Shown here piece by piece: positions 29,510-42,246 of a stretch of 64,000 nucleotides of DNA. This DNA is from Candidatus Latescibacterota bacterium (GTDB taxonomy: Bacteria > Latescibacterota > UBA2968 > GCA-2709665), in contig CAXXJS010000010.1 in the NCBI GenBank assembly GCA_963662665.2, positions 64,001-128,000 on the forward strand, written 5' to 3'. The position numbers and the translations under genes were made by a program. The stretch's first letter is position 1; each line of letters begins with the position of its first letter. Below the pieces are notes generated by a model. That model saw nothing but the letters and a program-made list of their open reading frames with translations, was not told the origin of the DNA and did not search any database.

Positions 29510-30310
29510 ATGGAAACCGTACGTGACAGGCTCTGGATCTTCACCTGTGTGGCCGGTTCGGACAATGACTCCATTACGTCCGCCGGGTACACACAGGGGT
29601 CACGGATGACGCCCGCCGAAGGTGCGTTATTCCTGGACGTCCCCAACCTCCATATGATCCGGTGGCGCGGCCTGCCTGCACACCCGTACGATCAGTTTGC
29701 CGTTACCTTTTCCTCGCTGAAACAGGTCACCTGGTCCATTGTGGGCAGCGGCGGGCAGGTGCAAGGGGATGAACTGCAACGCGTACTGGATCTCGCCGAT
29801 ACGCATCCCAACATCACAGGCGTCTATCTGGATGACTTCATGCGAAAGAACGGCAAAGGGGCCCTCAGTGTGGACGATCTCGCCAACATCCGTCCGCGAC
29901 TGAACGTTGCCGACAGACGGCTGGACCTCTGGGTGGTCCTGTACATCAAGCAACTCCACCTGCCCGTTGCCCCGTACCTCGAACACTGCGACGTGGTCAA
30001 TCTCTGGACCTGGAACTCCAACGATCTGAAGGACCTCGAGCGAAACCTGGACCGTCTCGAAGCGATCAATCCCGGCGGCCGGGTTTCTCTGGGGTGCTAT
30101 CTCTGGGACTTCCACAACAGGCGCTCAGTCTCCATTCCACAGATGGAACACCAGTGCGAACTGGGTCTCCGGTGGCTGAGGGAAGGCCGAATCGAAAGCA
30201 TCGTCTTTCTCGCCAATACCACCTGCGACATCGGCATCGATTCTGCCCCGTGGGCGCAGGCGTGGATCAGGGAGGTCGCCGATATTCCGCTTGACGCTGT
30301 TAACGGGTGA
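29510..30310 (+). CDS. Hypothetical protein (possible TIM-barrel/glycoside hydrolase-like)
   Basis: Plausible ORF with RBS; MTPAEGA, ITGVYLDDF and LWVVLY alternating beta/alpha pattern. Confidence 0.6.
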   Translation: METVRDRLWIFTCVAGSDNDSITSAGYTQGSRMTPAEGALFLDVPNLHMIRWRGLPAHPYDQFAVTFSSLKQVTWSIVGSGGQVQGDELQRVLDLADTHPNITGVYLDDFMRKNGKGALSVDDLANIRPRLNVADRRLDLWVVLYIKQLHLPVAPYLEHCDVVNLWTWNSNDLKDLERNLDRLEAINPGGRVSLGCYLWDFHNRRSVSIPQMEHQCELGLRWLREGRIESIVFLANTTCDIGIDSAPWAQAWIREVADIPLDAVNG

Positions 30311-30315
30311 ACCGG

Positions 30316-30357
30316 GCACAAAGGGCAATAGCCACAAAAAGCACAAAAGGCACAGAG
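30316..30357. repeat. Short degenerate GCACAAAAG tandem repeat
   Basis: GCACAAAGG...CCACAAAAA GCACAAAAG GCACAGAG in an intergenic gap. Confidence 0.4.
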
Positions 30358-30437
30358 TGGGTAAAGCAGTGCGGCAACGACCGCAATCGGGTCTGAAATT
30401 TTGCGGCTATGCAAGGATACGTGAGGAGACGACCAAT

Positions 30438-31706
30438 ATGGAGAACCGGGAAAGGATCGGAAACAACCTCGACAAGAGCACCTACATACGGAGCGACGGC
30501 CTTCACGCGTTTTACGCTTCAGGACAGACGTATATGGGCGCGACCGGCGAACGCATCGTTGAAACGGTGACCTCAGAATGCCTCCAGTGGGTGACCCACG
30601 ACGACGGACGCACAACGCTGGATGCCTGTTACGACGGCACCTGGGTGAGGGTGTCGGACGACAACGGATCGCAATGGATGGAATTGGGACCGAGGGTAAG
30701 GTTCGACGTCGGGATCGCGGACGAGCAGTTGATGCCGGCGGGATTCAGCCTGGATAGGAAAAACGACACCCTGGTGCGGTTCTACCGGGGGCAGAAGGCC
30801 GATAAGACTTGCTACGGATACATCAACCAGGGCGCCTACCGGGCGTATTACAGCGTTTCCGGAGACCAGGGAGCAACCTGGAGCGATCCTGAGCAGATCA
30901 TCTCCCGGGGGGACGGTTTCGACGCGAACCGCTGGGGTCCGGGCTTCGAGTACGGCGTGCGGGGCGGGATCCTCAATGGGAACCACTGCGTTTGGCTGAA
31001 GGACGGGTCCGTGCTGGCGCCCTTCACGGAGTACGAACGACTGGACGGCACGAGACCCTGGTACTTCCGGGTGGTCTGCGCACGCGGATACTGGAAGGAC
31101 GACATGAGCGGGCTTGAATGGGAGTTTGGGGACTTTATCGAGGTACCGTTTGAGAAATCCGGCATCGGATGCTGCGAGCCCTCGATCACCGCGTTGGAAT
31201 CGGGTGCGCTGTTCGTCACCATGAGATGTCAGGGGAACGAGGCCCAGGGCTTCTATTCCATACCCTATACCGCCGTTTCGGAGGATGGCGGAATGAGCTG
31301 GACACAGCCGGAGCCTCTGACCTATGATGACGGCACGAACGTATGGACGCCCGCCTCATGTACAGCCTTTTATGATTCCTCAATAAACGGTAAAACCTAC
31401 TGGATTGCCAATATTCTGGACGGCCCCGTCTACGGGCAGATTCCTCGATATCCGCTGAATATTTCCGAATTCGACACGGTCAATGCGTGTATCTTAAGGA
31501 ACTCGGTCCGGCTCATTCAGGACAGGCCCGCCGATGCACACGAGAACGTGAGATATACCAACTTCGGGTGGTACGAAGACAGACGTACCGGTCAACTGAT
31601 CATTACGTTGCCGGAGCAGTATCGCCGCATGGGTTGGGACGACATGGAAAAGCCGGAGGACTTCGCGGCCGATTGCGTGAAATACACGGTGGATATGGAC
31701 GGGTAG
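30438..31706 (+). CDS. Sialidase/BNR (Asp-box) beta-propeller glycoside hydrolase-like protein
   Basis: Asp boxes SDDNGSQW, SGDQGATW and SEDGGMSW; CEPSI..L..G.LFVTMR; GAGGAG RBS. Confidence 0.75.
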   Translation: MENRERIGNNLDKSTYIRSDGLHAFYASGQTYMGATGERIVETVTSECLQWVTHDDGRTTLDACYDGTWVRVSDDNGSQWMELGPRVRFDVGIADEQLMPAGFSLDRKNDTLVRFYRGQKADKTCYGYINQGAYRAYYSVSGDQGATWSDPEQIISRGDGFDANRWGPGFEYGVRGGILNGNHCVWLKDGSVLAPFTEYERLDGTRPWYFRVVCARGYWKDDMSGLEWEFGDFIEVPFEKSGIGCCEPSITALESGALFVTMRCQGNEAQGFYSIPYTAVSEDGGMSWTQPEPLTYDDGTNVWTPASCTAFYDSSINGKTYWIANILDGPVYGQIPRYPLNISEFDTVNACILRNSVRLIQDRPADAHENVRYTNFGWYEDRRTGQLIITLPEQYRRMGWDDMEKPEDFAADCVKYTVDMDG

Positions 31707-31785
31707 ACGCGATCCAGTCGTTCCGACAAGCAAAACGCAGGCGCACCATACCCCTTTGACGTAGCAGTTCTAAGACAACGCGAAA

Positions 31786-33477
31786 TCATCCCCCGTACCT
31801 GGAGATGAGGTCCACAGCGGCCTCATCTCCTTTTTTCTGCGCCCAGGCGAGTGGCGTGGCCCACGCGGCGCCGGCCAGCGTGGGATCGGCGCCGCGTTCA
31901 AGATAGAGACGGGCCAGATCGTACTTGCCCCATCTGACCGCCCAGCCAAGCGGTGTGGACTGAAGGAGTTCGTCGATCACGTTAAGGTCGGCGCCGTGGT
32001 CGAGGAGGATGGTGGCAAAGGCAGTCCGTTCGGGCTCGGTCATAATCGGCTCTCCCCAGACAACGCCGCAGGCCGCCAGGTGATGCGCGAGCCGGTACCC
32101 GAAACGCCCCACGAGATTGGGGCTGACGCCGTGGTCCAGGATCATGCGGAAGATTTCGGGATACACCGTGCGGTCGAAATCGCGGAATTTGCGGTTGGGG
32201 TTGGTCCGCCAAAGGCGCAACGGCTGCTCCAGCAGGCTGAACCAGCGGCCGTCATCGGGTTCCCAATCGAGTTGCCGGAGGCACATCCCCACAATATTCG
32301 GGTCGCCGCCGCACCCGGCCGCCCAGAGCATCTTCTCCGCGAGCGAAGGGTCGTTGTGGAGGGCAACGGCAGCGGCCGACGTCTCGGCTTCGAGTCCGGC
32401 AGTGGTGTGATCCAGGATCCCGCCGTATCGAAACAGCAGTCCCTTCATCCGGTCGTCGCGGTTGTTGTACGCCGCGCCCACGGGATTGGCGCTGGCATAG
32501 ATGCTGGCATTCGGATCCGCGCCGTTTTCGAGCAGGAGTTCGGCGATTTCATACCGGGAATTGCCCGCCGCATTGGACAGGGGCCCACCCCACGAATACG
32601 GCCTGGATTCGTAGTGGTGCAACTGATGCCGGTCGTCCGGGTGCAGACCCAGGTCGAGCAGCAGGCGTACCATGTCGATATCGTCGTTCTGGACGGCGAT
32701 CTGCAGAAGCCCGTCCCGCTCGCTGTCGTTGGACTGAAAGCGTTCGGGATGTTCCTTCGCGAACGCGCGAACGAAGTCGAAATCGCCAAGTGCGACCGCG
32801 GACTCGATCGACTGCTCGCATCCCGCCTGCAGAAGGATGCCCGTGCAGATCAGACACCCTTCGTTGAGCGGCCTGTTGCGACCGCGCACATTAAGGACCG
32901 CGCCGTCCAGGGGCGATTGGCCCTCGGGCGTGAGATGGGTGATATCGGCGCCCCGATCGAGCAGTTCGCGGACCAGCCGGTAACGGCCGTGCGACGCGGC
33001 CGCGTGAATCACGCTGCCGCCATTTCGATGACACGCATCCAGCAGTTCGGGCTGACGGTCCAGGATGTTGAGCGCGGCCTGCTCCCGCCCCTCCCGGACG
33101 GCCTCGAACAGCGCATCGTTCTCGTCGGTGATGGTGATATTCTTGCACGCGGCCAGCTTGCGCTTTTCGTCCTCCGCCCTGATCACGTGGACGATGTCGT
33201 CCAGGCCGCGTTCTCTCGCCATCGTAAACGCGCCGGTGGCGTCGCGGTGGGGATAGATGCCCGAGTTGTGGTCTGCACCGGCTTCCATGAGAACGCGAAC
33301 CGCATCGGCGTGCCGGTTCATCACCGCGTAGTGAATCGCGCGGTGTTCGTTGTTTTCAGCCATGTGTACGTTCACCAGATCGGGCTGCTCGTCAAGTATC
33401 TGCCTGATCCGCGAGACGTCGCCGCTGCCTGCCGCCTTACATAGATCCGCGACCCTGTAAGTTCCGTTGCCGGCCAT
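31786..33477 (-). CDS. Ankyrin repeat protein
   Basis: Repeated ankyrin motifs (AIHYA, LLDRGAD, LLENGADPN, TPLGWA, TPLAWA). Confidence 0.9.
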   Translation of the reverse strand: MAGNGTYRVADLCKAAGSGDVSRIRQILDEQPDLVNVHMAENNEHRAIHYAVMNRHADAVRVLMEAGADHNSGIYPHRDATGAFTMARERGLDDIVHVIRAEDEKRKLAACKNITITDENDALFEAVREGREQAALNILDRQPELLDACHRNGGSVIHAAASHGRYRLVRELLDRGADITHLTPEGQSPLDGAVLNVRGRNRPLNEGCLICTGILLQAGCEQSIESAVALGDFDFVRAFAKEHPERFQSNDSERDGLLQIAVQNDDIDMVRLLLDLGLHPDDRHQLHHYESRPYSWGGPLSNAAGNSRYEIAELLLENGADPNASIYASANPVGAAYNNRDDRMKGLLFRYGGILDHTTAGLEAETSAAAVALHNDPSLAEKMLWAAGCGGDPNIVGMCLRQLDWEPDDGRWFSLLEQPLRLWRTNPNRKFRDFDRTVYPEIFRMILDHGVSPNLVGRFGYRLAHHLAACGVVWGEPIMTEPERTAFATILLDHGADLNVIDELLQSTPLGWAVRWGKYDLARLYLERGADPTLAGAAWATPLAWAQKKGDEAAVDLISRYGG

Positions 33478-33587
33478 TTCTGTTCCTTTCCGGGTTGCCC
33501 GTCATCCAATTTCGCCAGCGAAGCCTTCGCCGCCTGCGAAACACCTGAATTCGAACTGCAGAAACCGCAAGCCCCACCGAAAACAGC

Positions 33588-34145
33588 TCAAAGACCGTAC
33601 TCGAAGGTGAGTTCGCTCTTCACATCCGTTTTCTCGACACTCCCTTTGATATCCTCCATCATCTCCAGCCACCTGTGTTCCCTGAAATTCTCAAAGTCAA
33701 GGACGAATCCGGGTAGCGCTCTGCTCTCGATCCGGCCGGCCGGCTCCTGCCCCAGGACCTCGAACTTCCCGCCTCGAAGCTGGTACCACGTTGCCGGTTT
33801 GCCGTTCTCCACGAATAACGCCTCCTGGACGCCGGAAGCTTCGTAAACCTGGCGCTTCTTGCCCAGATCCGTAAATCCATGCTTGGATTCGATTTCAAGC
33901 ACGAAATTGGGCGGCCCCTCGTAGACCTGGTGATCGTGGTTCTTCTTGCAGATTTGTCGGGGACCGTTTCTTCGCACGATCACGCCTACGTTCGGATAAA
34001 CCATAACATCCGTCTTACCGGCATAGCTGAGCCGTACCGGTGGGAAGAGGACCACGTCCATACCTGTAGCAATCATCCGGTAGTAATTGATCACGGTAAG
34101 CACGTCCGTATGATATCGCGACACGTTCGCATCGGGTATCCACAT
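33588..34145 (-). CDS. Uma2 family PD-(D/E)XK endonuclease-like protein
   Basis: GPPNFVLEI...DLGKKRQVYEASGVQE and SRALPGF Uma2 hallmarks. The 5' end may be frameshifted. Confidence 0.75.
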   Translation of the reverse strand: MWIPDANVSRYHTDVLTVINYYRMIATGMDVVLFPPVRLSYAGKTDVMVYPNVGVIVRRNGPRQICKKNHDHQVYEGPPNFVLEIESKHGFTDLGKKRQVYEASGVQEALFVENGKPATWYQLRGGKFEVLGQEPAGRIESRALPGFVLDFENFREHRWLEMMEDIKGSVEKTDVKSELTFEYGL

Positions 34146-34226
34146 GACTATCCTCCCTCCACGTCAATTCCGTTCGTAGTCATCCGGGTTCCTTTCTCAA
34201 TAAGCTCTCTATCCGGCTGGACGTTC

Positions 34227-36632
34227 TTATTCGTGGCGCAGAGCCTCGATGGGATTGGCGCTGGAGGCTCTATAGCACTGGAATCCGACAACCAGTAACG
34301 TGGCGAGAACAGATCCCAGTGCAGTGAAAGCAAAGGGAAAAAGGCCCATGTTTGCGCGATAGGCGAAATCCTGCAGCCATTCCTGCATGAGGACATAGGC
34401 AAACGGCCAGGCGATGAGATTGGCGATAAGCACCAGTTTTGTGAATTCGGCGCCCAACAGGACCGCGATTTCGCCGATGGATGCTCCGAAGACTTTGCGA
34501 ATGCCGATCTCTTTCCGGCGGCGTTCGCTCGTGTAGGCGGCAAGGCCAAGCAGGCCAATTGATGCGATGAGAAACGAGACTCCGAATCCAACCGCAAATA
34601 TGCGTTGGAAGCGCAGATATTTTCCGTAATTCACCTCCAGCCGGTCATCGAGAAACGCATACATGATTGGACGAACCGGGATAAAGGTCTTCCAGATTTC
34701 TTCGAGGCCCTGCATGGTTTCGCCGGCGTTTCCGGCGGCGAGCCGCAAGTTGACCACACGAAATGAACGTGGGCGCAAAACGAAGGCATTGGCGCGAAGT
34801 CTCTCGGTCAGCCGGCGCATGTGAAAGTCCTCTACAACGCCGATGATCCAGCCTTCATTATCGAGAAGCTTGAACGGTTTACCAACGGGATTCTCAAGTC
34901 CGAGTTTCTCCACCGCTGTTTCGTTGAGAATATATGCACTTTCAAAATCACTCCTGATGTCAGCGGAAAAATTGCGCCCCGCAACGAGATCAACCCCGAT
35001 CATGGGAAATAGATCCTCGTCAATGGCGTATTGCCGGATCTCGAAAGCAGCGCCCGATGGATCCAGGACCATTTTCCTTCTGCTTGTCCAGCCTTCGCCC
35101 GGAAGGCTGGCGGATGCGGTGGCAGCGAGCACGTCGGGGTGTTTGAGAAAGCGCTGTTTCACTTCGTTGTAAGTATTTCTCAGCGACCCGTCCACGTCAA
35201 AGATGCGGAGCGCGAGGATGTTCTCTTTCTTGAAACCAAGGTCTTTCTGCAGGACGTAGTCCAGTTGTACAAAGGCGACAAGGGCGACAAAAACAAGAAA
35301 GATGGAGATCGTAAACTGCAAAATCACGAGAACCCTGCGGGGGAATGATCCGCCGGATCCCGAGGCGGTTTGACTGTGCAACGCGGCAATGGGGGAAAAC
35401 CGGCTGAGGAGAAAGGCTGGATACATGCCGGAGAACAGACCGACCAGAACCGTTGCAGCCAGGAGTACAATCGCCATGTCCGGCTCTAGAAATATAGAGA
35501 GTGTACCCGTTTGTCCCACGATTTGTTGCCAGTAAGGCCGGGTTATGCCCGTGAGGATGAGGCACAAGGGCAGTGCGAGAAGGGTGAGCAAAACAGACTC
35601 GAGGAGGAATTGGAATGCCAATTGCCGTTGTCCCGCGCCAACGACCTTTCGCATACCCACTTCCTTGGCCCTCAGGGCCGCCCGCGCGGTAGAGAGATTG
35701 ACAAAGTTGATACAGGCGACGAACAAGACGAGCATGCCGATGGCTGCGAGGGCGCGAACCGCTTTGAGATCGCCGGCGCCAATGCCGGTACCCGGACCGC
35801 CGATGCCTTCGGGAAAATCTTCACGGCCATAGAGACGCGTACGCAAGAGTGATTGCAGGCGATGGCTGGTTGTGTTTTCCGGGTTTTCTTCGGGTATGAC
35901 CAGCGCACGCAATTTCTGCTCGGCTCGTTCCGGGTCCGCATCCTTGCGCAGACGGACAAAGGTTTGCACCCACCGAAATGAGGTGCGGAGTTCCCAGTCG
36001 GACCAGGCGCCCCGGACGCTTGCCGGCAGGGTTGCGGTTACAAAGTGGGGATTAAAATGCGTGTTTCGAGGCTGCTCGTCTAAAATTCCAGTAACAATGT
36101 AATCGCCCCACTGACCTTTGAGCACTTTGCCCATGGGGTCTACCCCGTTCGGGAAGAATTCGGCAACGGCTTCTTGCGAAATGACCACGCCGCCGGGGTG
36201 TGTGAGAGCCTTGTGGAGATCGCCGCGCGCTAAATTGATCCCCCAGAATACGAGATAGTTGGGATCGGCGTACCAGAAGGAACGGCGTTGCGCAAACTGG
36301 CGATATTGCACCCACCGATGGCCGGGACGGATGCGGTTGGCAGATTCAATTTCGGCAATGGATTCGATCATTCTCGGGGTGAGCGCACCGTGAGAATCGA
36401 TCTGATAATCCATTTTGTAGGGGGTGGTCAATTGCCGCAATACCCGATAGGTGCGATCGGCCCCGGGGCGGAACGTGTCGAAGCTGGTTTCGTGGGCAAC
36501 GTAGAGCCACGTGAGGAGCATGCACGTGAGACCGACGCTCAGGCCGAGGAGATTGGCCAGAATATACCATCGCTGGCGGATAATTTGCCGGACGGCGACT
36601 TTGAGAAAGTTGTATAGGATGGTTGAACTCAA
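34227..36632 (-). CDS. ABC transporter permease (MacB/FtsX-like, duplicated domain)
   Basis: ACINFVNLSTARAALRAKEVGMRKVVGA, RRKEIGIRKVFGAS and ANPIEALRHE. Confidence 0.9.
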   Translation of the reverse strand: MSSTILYNFLKVAVRQIIRQRWYILANLLGLSVGLTCMLLTWLYVAHETSFDTFRPGADRTYRVLRQLTTPYKMDYQIDSHGALTPRMIESIAEIESANRIRPGHRWVQYRQFAQRRSFWYADPNYLVFWGINLARGDLHKALTHPGGVVISQEAVAEFFPNGVDPMGKVLKGQWGDYIVTGILDEQPRNTHFNPHFVTATLPASVRGAWSDWELRTSFRWVQTFVRLRKDADPERAEQKLRALVIPEENPENTTSHRLQSLLRTRLYGREDFPEGIGGPGTGIGAGDLKAVRALAAIGMLVLFVACINFVNLSTARAALRAKEVGMRKVVGAGQRQLAFQFLLESVLLTLLALPLCLILTGITRPYWQQIVGQTGTLSIFLEPDMAIVLLAATVLVGLFSGMYPAFLLSRFSPIAALHSQTASGSGGSFPRRVLVILQFTISIFLVFVALVAFVQLDYVLQKDLGFKKENILALRIFDVDGSLRNTYNEVKQRFLKHPDVLAATASASLPGEGWTSRRKMVLDPSGAAFEIRQYAIDEDLFPMIGVDLVAGRNFSADIRSDFESAYILNETAVEKLGLENPVGKPFKLLDNEGWIIGVVEDFHMRRLTERLRANAFVLRPRSFRVVNLRLAAGNAGETMQGLEEIWKTFIPVRPIMYAFLDDRLEVNYGKYLRFQRIFAVGFGVSFLIASIGLLGLAAYTSERRRKEIGIRKVFGASIGEIAVLLGAEFTKLVLIANLIAWPFAYVLMQEWLQDFAYRANMGLFPFAFTALGSVLATLLVVGFQCYRASSANPIEALRHE

Positions 36633-36706
36633 TGTTGGGCGTTGAGGACCCGTTTAACGACAAGATACGGAGTGACGGTGTGGTATCCCGCGGGGGCTGG
36701 TGACAT
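36629..36706 (-). pseudogene. 25-aa N-terminal stub of a VOC/PhnB glyoxalase-family gene
   Basis: AAGGAGG RBS, then MSPAPAGYHTVTPYLVVKRVLNAQH*. GYHTVTPYL is the VOC/PhnB N-terminal signature. The stop overlaps the permease TTG start. Confidence 0.6.
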
Positions 36707-36725
36707 GGTTCGCCTCCTTGTGCAT

Positions 36726-37514
36726 CTATGCATCCCAAACGTAGACTTTCTTGTGATAGACGGTCTCAAATCCATTGCGTTCGAGGTTGCCCAGAGATGT
36801 CTTCAGCACCTCCAGGGTCTCGCTACAGGCCACCCGGCATCCCAGTTCCGCGGCGCGATTCAGACGGGCTCTGATCAGCGCATTCTGGCCGCCCTTTCCT
36901 CTGTACGCCTCCGCGGTGCCGGCCCATCCGAGATAGGCGAAATCGCCATGGTGGACGAGTATCGCGGCGCTGACGGGCGTACCGCCGTCATATGCCACGA
37001 AGCGGTCGAATCCCTCACGATCGACACACTGGAAGAAAAACGAACATGGCCACGGCTCGAATATGCGTAGAATTGCATCCTTCCGGTTTTCGACCTCATG
37101 TCCGGAAACCCGGCGCACGGCCAGGTGGGTCGGGAACGGGGCCACGCTTTCGACGGGACGAATCAGCGTGGGATACGTGGTTCCTTTAAATGGTTTGAGA
37201 CCGCTGTCCCCCAGCCACACGATGATTTCCTCTTCCTGGGGGTTCGGACTCATCCAGAAGAAGAACCGTTGGACCTCCGACGCCTCGAATACGTTCAGTA
37301 TTTCCAATAAATCGGCCCTGGAAACCTTCCTCCCGCATCCGAAAAAATACACGCCGTTTCGATTTGCCGATGGAAAAGGCGATGCGGCGGACGTAGGATC
37401 CAGTGTGACGATGGCGCCTTCAATTGGTACCTGGATCTTCGAACCTGACGGAACGCAGTCGAGTTCCTTCTCCCTGATCGCCATCAATCGCCGCGCAACT
37501 TCATCCGGTCTCAT
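36726..37514 (-). CDS. GNAT family N-acetyltransferase
   Basis: [21 protein letters not shown] acetyl-CoA motif A; S..NLERNGF. Confidence 0.8.
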   Translation of the reverse strand: MRPDEVARRLMAIREKELDCVPSGSKIQVPIEGAIVTLDPTSAASPFPSANRNGVYFFGCGRKVSRADLLEILNVFEASEVQRFFFWMSPNPQEEEIIVWLGDSGLKPFKGTTYPTLIRPVESVAPFPTHLAVRRVSGHEVENRKDAILRIFEPWPCSFFFQCVDREGFDRFVAYDGGTPVSAAILVHHGDFAYLGWAGTAEAYRGKGGQNALIRARLNRAAELGCRVACSETLEVLKTSLGNLERNGFETVYHKKVYVWDA

Positions 37515-37529
37515 GTCGGTGGGCGAAAC

Positions 37530-40403
<2,874 letters not shown>

Positions 40404-40447
40404 TGATCCAATCAGGAATACGAGGGAACGAAAGAACGGGATTACCC

Positions 40448-40519
40448 CTTTCCGTCTTCTCGTCTTCTCGCCTTTCCGTCTTCTCGTCTTCTCGCCTCTT
40501 CGTCTTCTCGTCTTCTCGT
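40448..40519. repeat. Octamer tandem repeat (9 x 8 bp, organised as 3 x 24 bp)
   Basis: CTTTCCGT CTTCTCGT CTTCTCGC twice, then CTCTTCGT CTTCTCGT CTTCTCGT, between the NTase stop and the uvrA start. Confidence 0.85.
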
Positions 40520-41458
40520 CTACAGGAGTTCGACGCTGTCACCATCATAATAGTAGGCGGGTTCTTCAACTTCAATCCTGCTCTTCTCGGTCAGGTGGAC
40601 CGGACTCGACAGTTTCTGGATGATTTCCTGCCGGACAAGCCATTCACAGGCTGCCTCGAGGCCGCCGCCCTGGATCTTCTTTTGAAAATAGTCGCTGATT
40701 TCCGAAAATTTGCGCACTTCGGACGATTCCGCGAGGTAGTCCAGAAGAGGACGAAACAGGTCGCAGGTCTTTTTCTCAAGATAGTCGTTGACCAGATCGA
40801 GTACGCGTTTGACGGAGTCGCGAGTCTTGACCTGACTGACGAAATCCGTGTAGATAGCATTGAATAACTGCGGATTGTATTTGAGCGCCTGATGGACCAC
40901 CTCCCGGCCGGGCGCTTCGTTGTGCATGAGCACCTGGATCGATGCCAGTTCTCTGACGACCTGCATGAGCCACCAGAAGCTGTATTCGAAGTCTTTTTTC
41001 AGGTAAAAGTACTTCTCGGCTTTATTGAGCGACGGTATCAGGAAGGAAGCGTATCTCATCAGTTGAAATGCGCGGTCTCGCGTTCCAATGCGATCGAAGG
41101 CATGGTACCACTTCGCCACGGACTCGTCTCTTGTAAAGAGAAGGGTGCTATTCGAAAACGTAAAATCCAGCCATCCGCCGGCGAGGTCGCCCTCGATGCG
41201 GCGTTTGAAAACGCTGCGGGAAACCCGTTGCGCCTGGATATTGACGTCGTCTTCACAGAGTGTGACGTGTCCTTCTTTCACGCCATCCTGCATGATGATC
41301 CACAGGTCGATGTCCGAGTTCACCCAGACTTCGTCGTAGGACAGACTGCCGAACAGAATGGCAGCGAGTACCCACCGGTCATTCTCGAGCTTCGCGACCA
41401 GAGACGACAGCGCACTCCGGTAACGATTCTCGACAGATTCGCGTTCGGCGACGGGCAT
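40520..41458 (-). CDS. Pol-beta superfamily nucleotidyltransferase with C-terminal helical domain
   Basis: ILFGSLSYD...SDIDL motif; GGAG RBS before MPVAERES. Confidence 0.75.
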   Translation of the reverse strand: MPVAERESVENRYRSALSSLVAKLENDRWVLAAILFGSLSYDEVWVNSDIDLWIIMQDGVKEGHVTLCEDDVNIQAQRVSRSVFKRRIEGDLAGGWLDFTFSNSTLLFTRDESVAKWYHAFDRIGTRDRAFQLMRYASFLIPSLNKAEKYFYLKKDFEYSFWWLMQVVRELASIQVLMHNEAPGREVVHQALKYNPQLFNAIYTDFVSQVKTRDSVKRVLDLVNDYLEKKTCDLFRPLLDYLAESSEVRKFSEISDYFQKKIQGGGLEAACEWLVRQEIIQKLSSPVHLTEKSRIEVEEPAYYYDGDSVELL

Positions 41459-41583
41459 GGATTCTCCACGTTTCGTATTAGTGAGGGGCAGAAGTCCATG
41501 TATAATCAGGTTCGAATCAGGTGTCAAGGTCAATTCCCTGAATTCGCCGTTCTCCCGTCGGATGCTTTCCGGCTTCCGTTCTC

Positions 41584-41612
41584 TTGACGAAACCGAACGT
41601 TTCCGGTATATT
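41584..41612 (+). promoter_or_regulatory. Putative sigma-70 promoter of the uORF-lipoprotein-TBDR unit
   Basis: TTGACG-17 bp-TATATT, about 50 bp upstream of ATG 41661. Confidence 0.55.
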
Positions 41613-41660
41613 TATAGGTGTAACCAGCTTTGGACTTGTACTCTCCCGGAGACGGTAGGG

Positions 41661-41939
41661 ATGTTTTCTTCCTCCAGACAGATTCATCCTCTTTTTTTGT
41701 TCGCTCTGGCGATATTCGCGGCCTACCTCGCGATATTTTTGCTCACCGCGTACCCCGAACACGACCACGACCAACAACAATGTACTGTCTGCGCCTGGTT
41801 GAATAGCTTGAGCGTCGTTTTGCCGGCAGTACTGGCGGTTCAATTCTGCTTTCTGCACTTCCGTCAATTGTTCTCCTCGCGCCGCGTACTTCGCACTTCC
41901 TTCCTTCTTCCCGACGGACGCGCACCTCCCGTGTCCTGA
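41661..41939 (+). CDS. DUF2946/CruR-like leader peptide (TM helix, His cluster, CxxC, C-terminal RAPP arrest motif)
   Basis: 92 aa: hydrophobic segment, EHDHDQQQCTVC, second hydrophobic stretch, and ...DGRAPPVS*. Lies upstream of a TonB receptor locus. Confidence 0.8.
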   Translation: MFSSSRQIHPLFLFALAIFAAYLAIFLLTAYPEHDHDQQQCTVCAWLNSLSVVLPAVLAVQFCFLHFRQLFSSRRVLRTSFLLPDGRAPPVS

Positions 41940-42246
41940 TCCATCCTCCCGTGTCGTCAAGACACGCCTTTCGACGTTTCAAAATATATTCCAACTTAAG
42001 TAACTCCGGCTCGGGCCTTTGCCCGAATCTGCACATGCGGGAACCCGGGATTATCCTGCGTTCGGGTGGACGTTAGTCCGCCGACCGGCATTGTGCCATC
42101 CCCGCCTCTCTCCGGAGGTCGTCCGCCGCCTGAGGCATCGGCCTGTCGCCAGTATGTCGACAGATACGAATCATGCCAACCAGGGAGGGCGGACGTCCAC
42201 GCGAGGTTCGCGACAGAATGAAATACTGGCATATAGGAGAACATTG

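Noticed and set aside
31996-33444. 482-aa plus-strand ORF antisense to the ankyrin gene
   Set aside because: No recognisable motifs; typical shadow ORF from GC-biased codon usage on the opposite strand.
40448-40519. Possible CRISPR array
   Set aside because: Units are contiguous 8/24-bp tandem repeats with no unique spacers, and no cas genes are present.
42019-42246. 76-codon N-terminal extension of the lipoprotein ORF
   Set aside because: The RBS and lipoprotein signal point to ATG 42247; the extension is better read as leader RNA.
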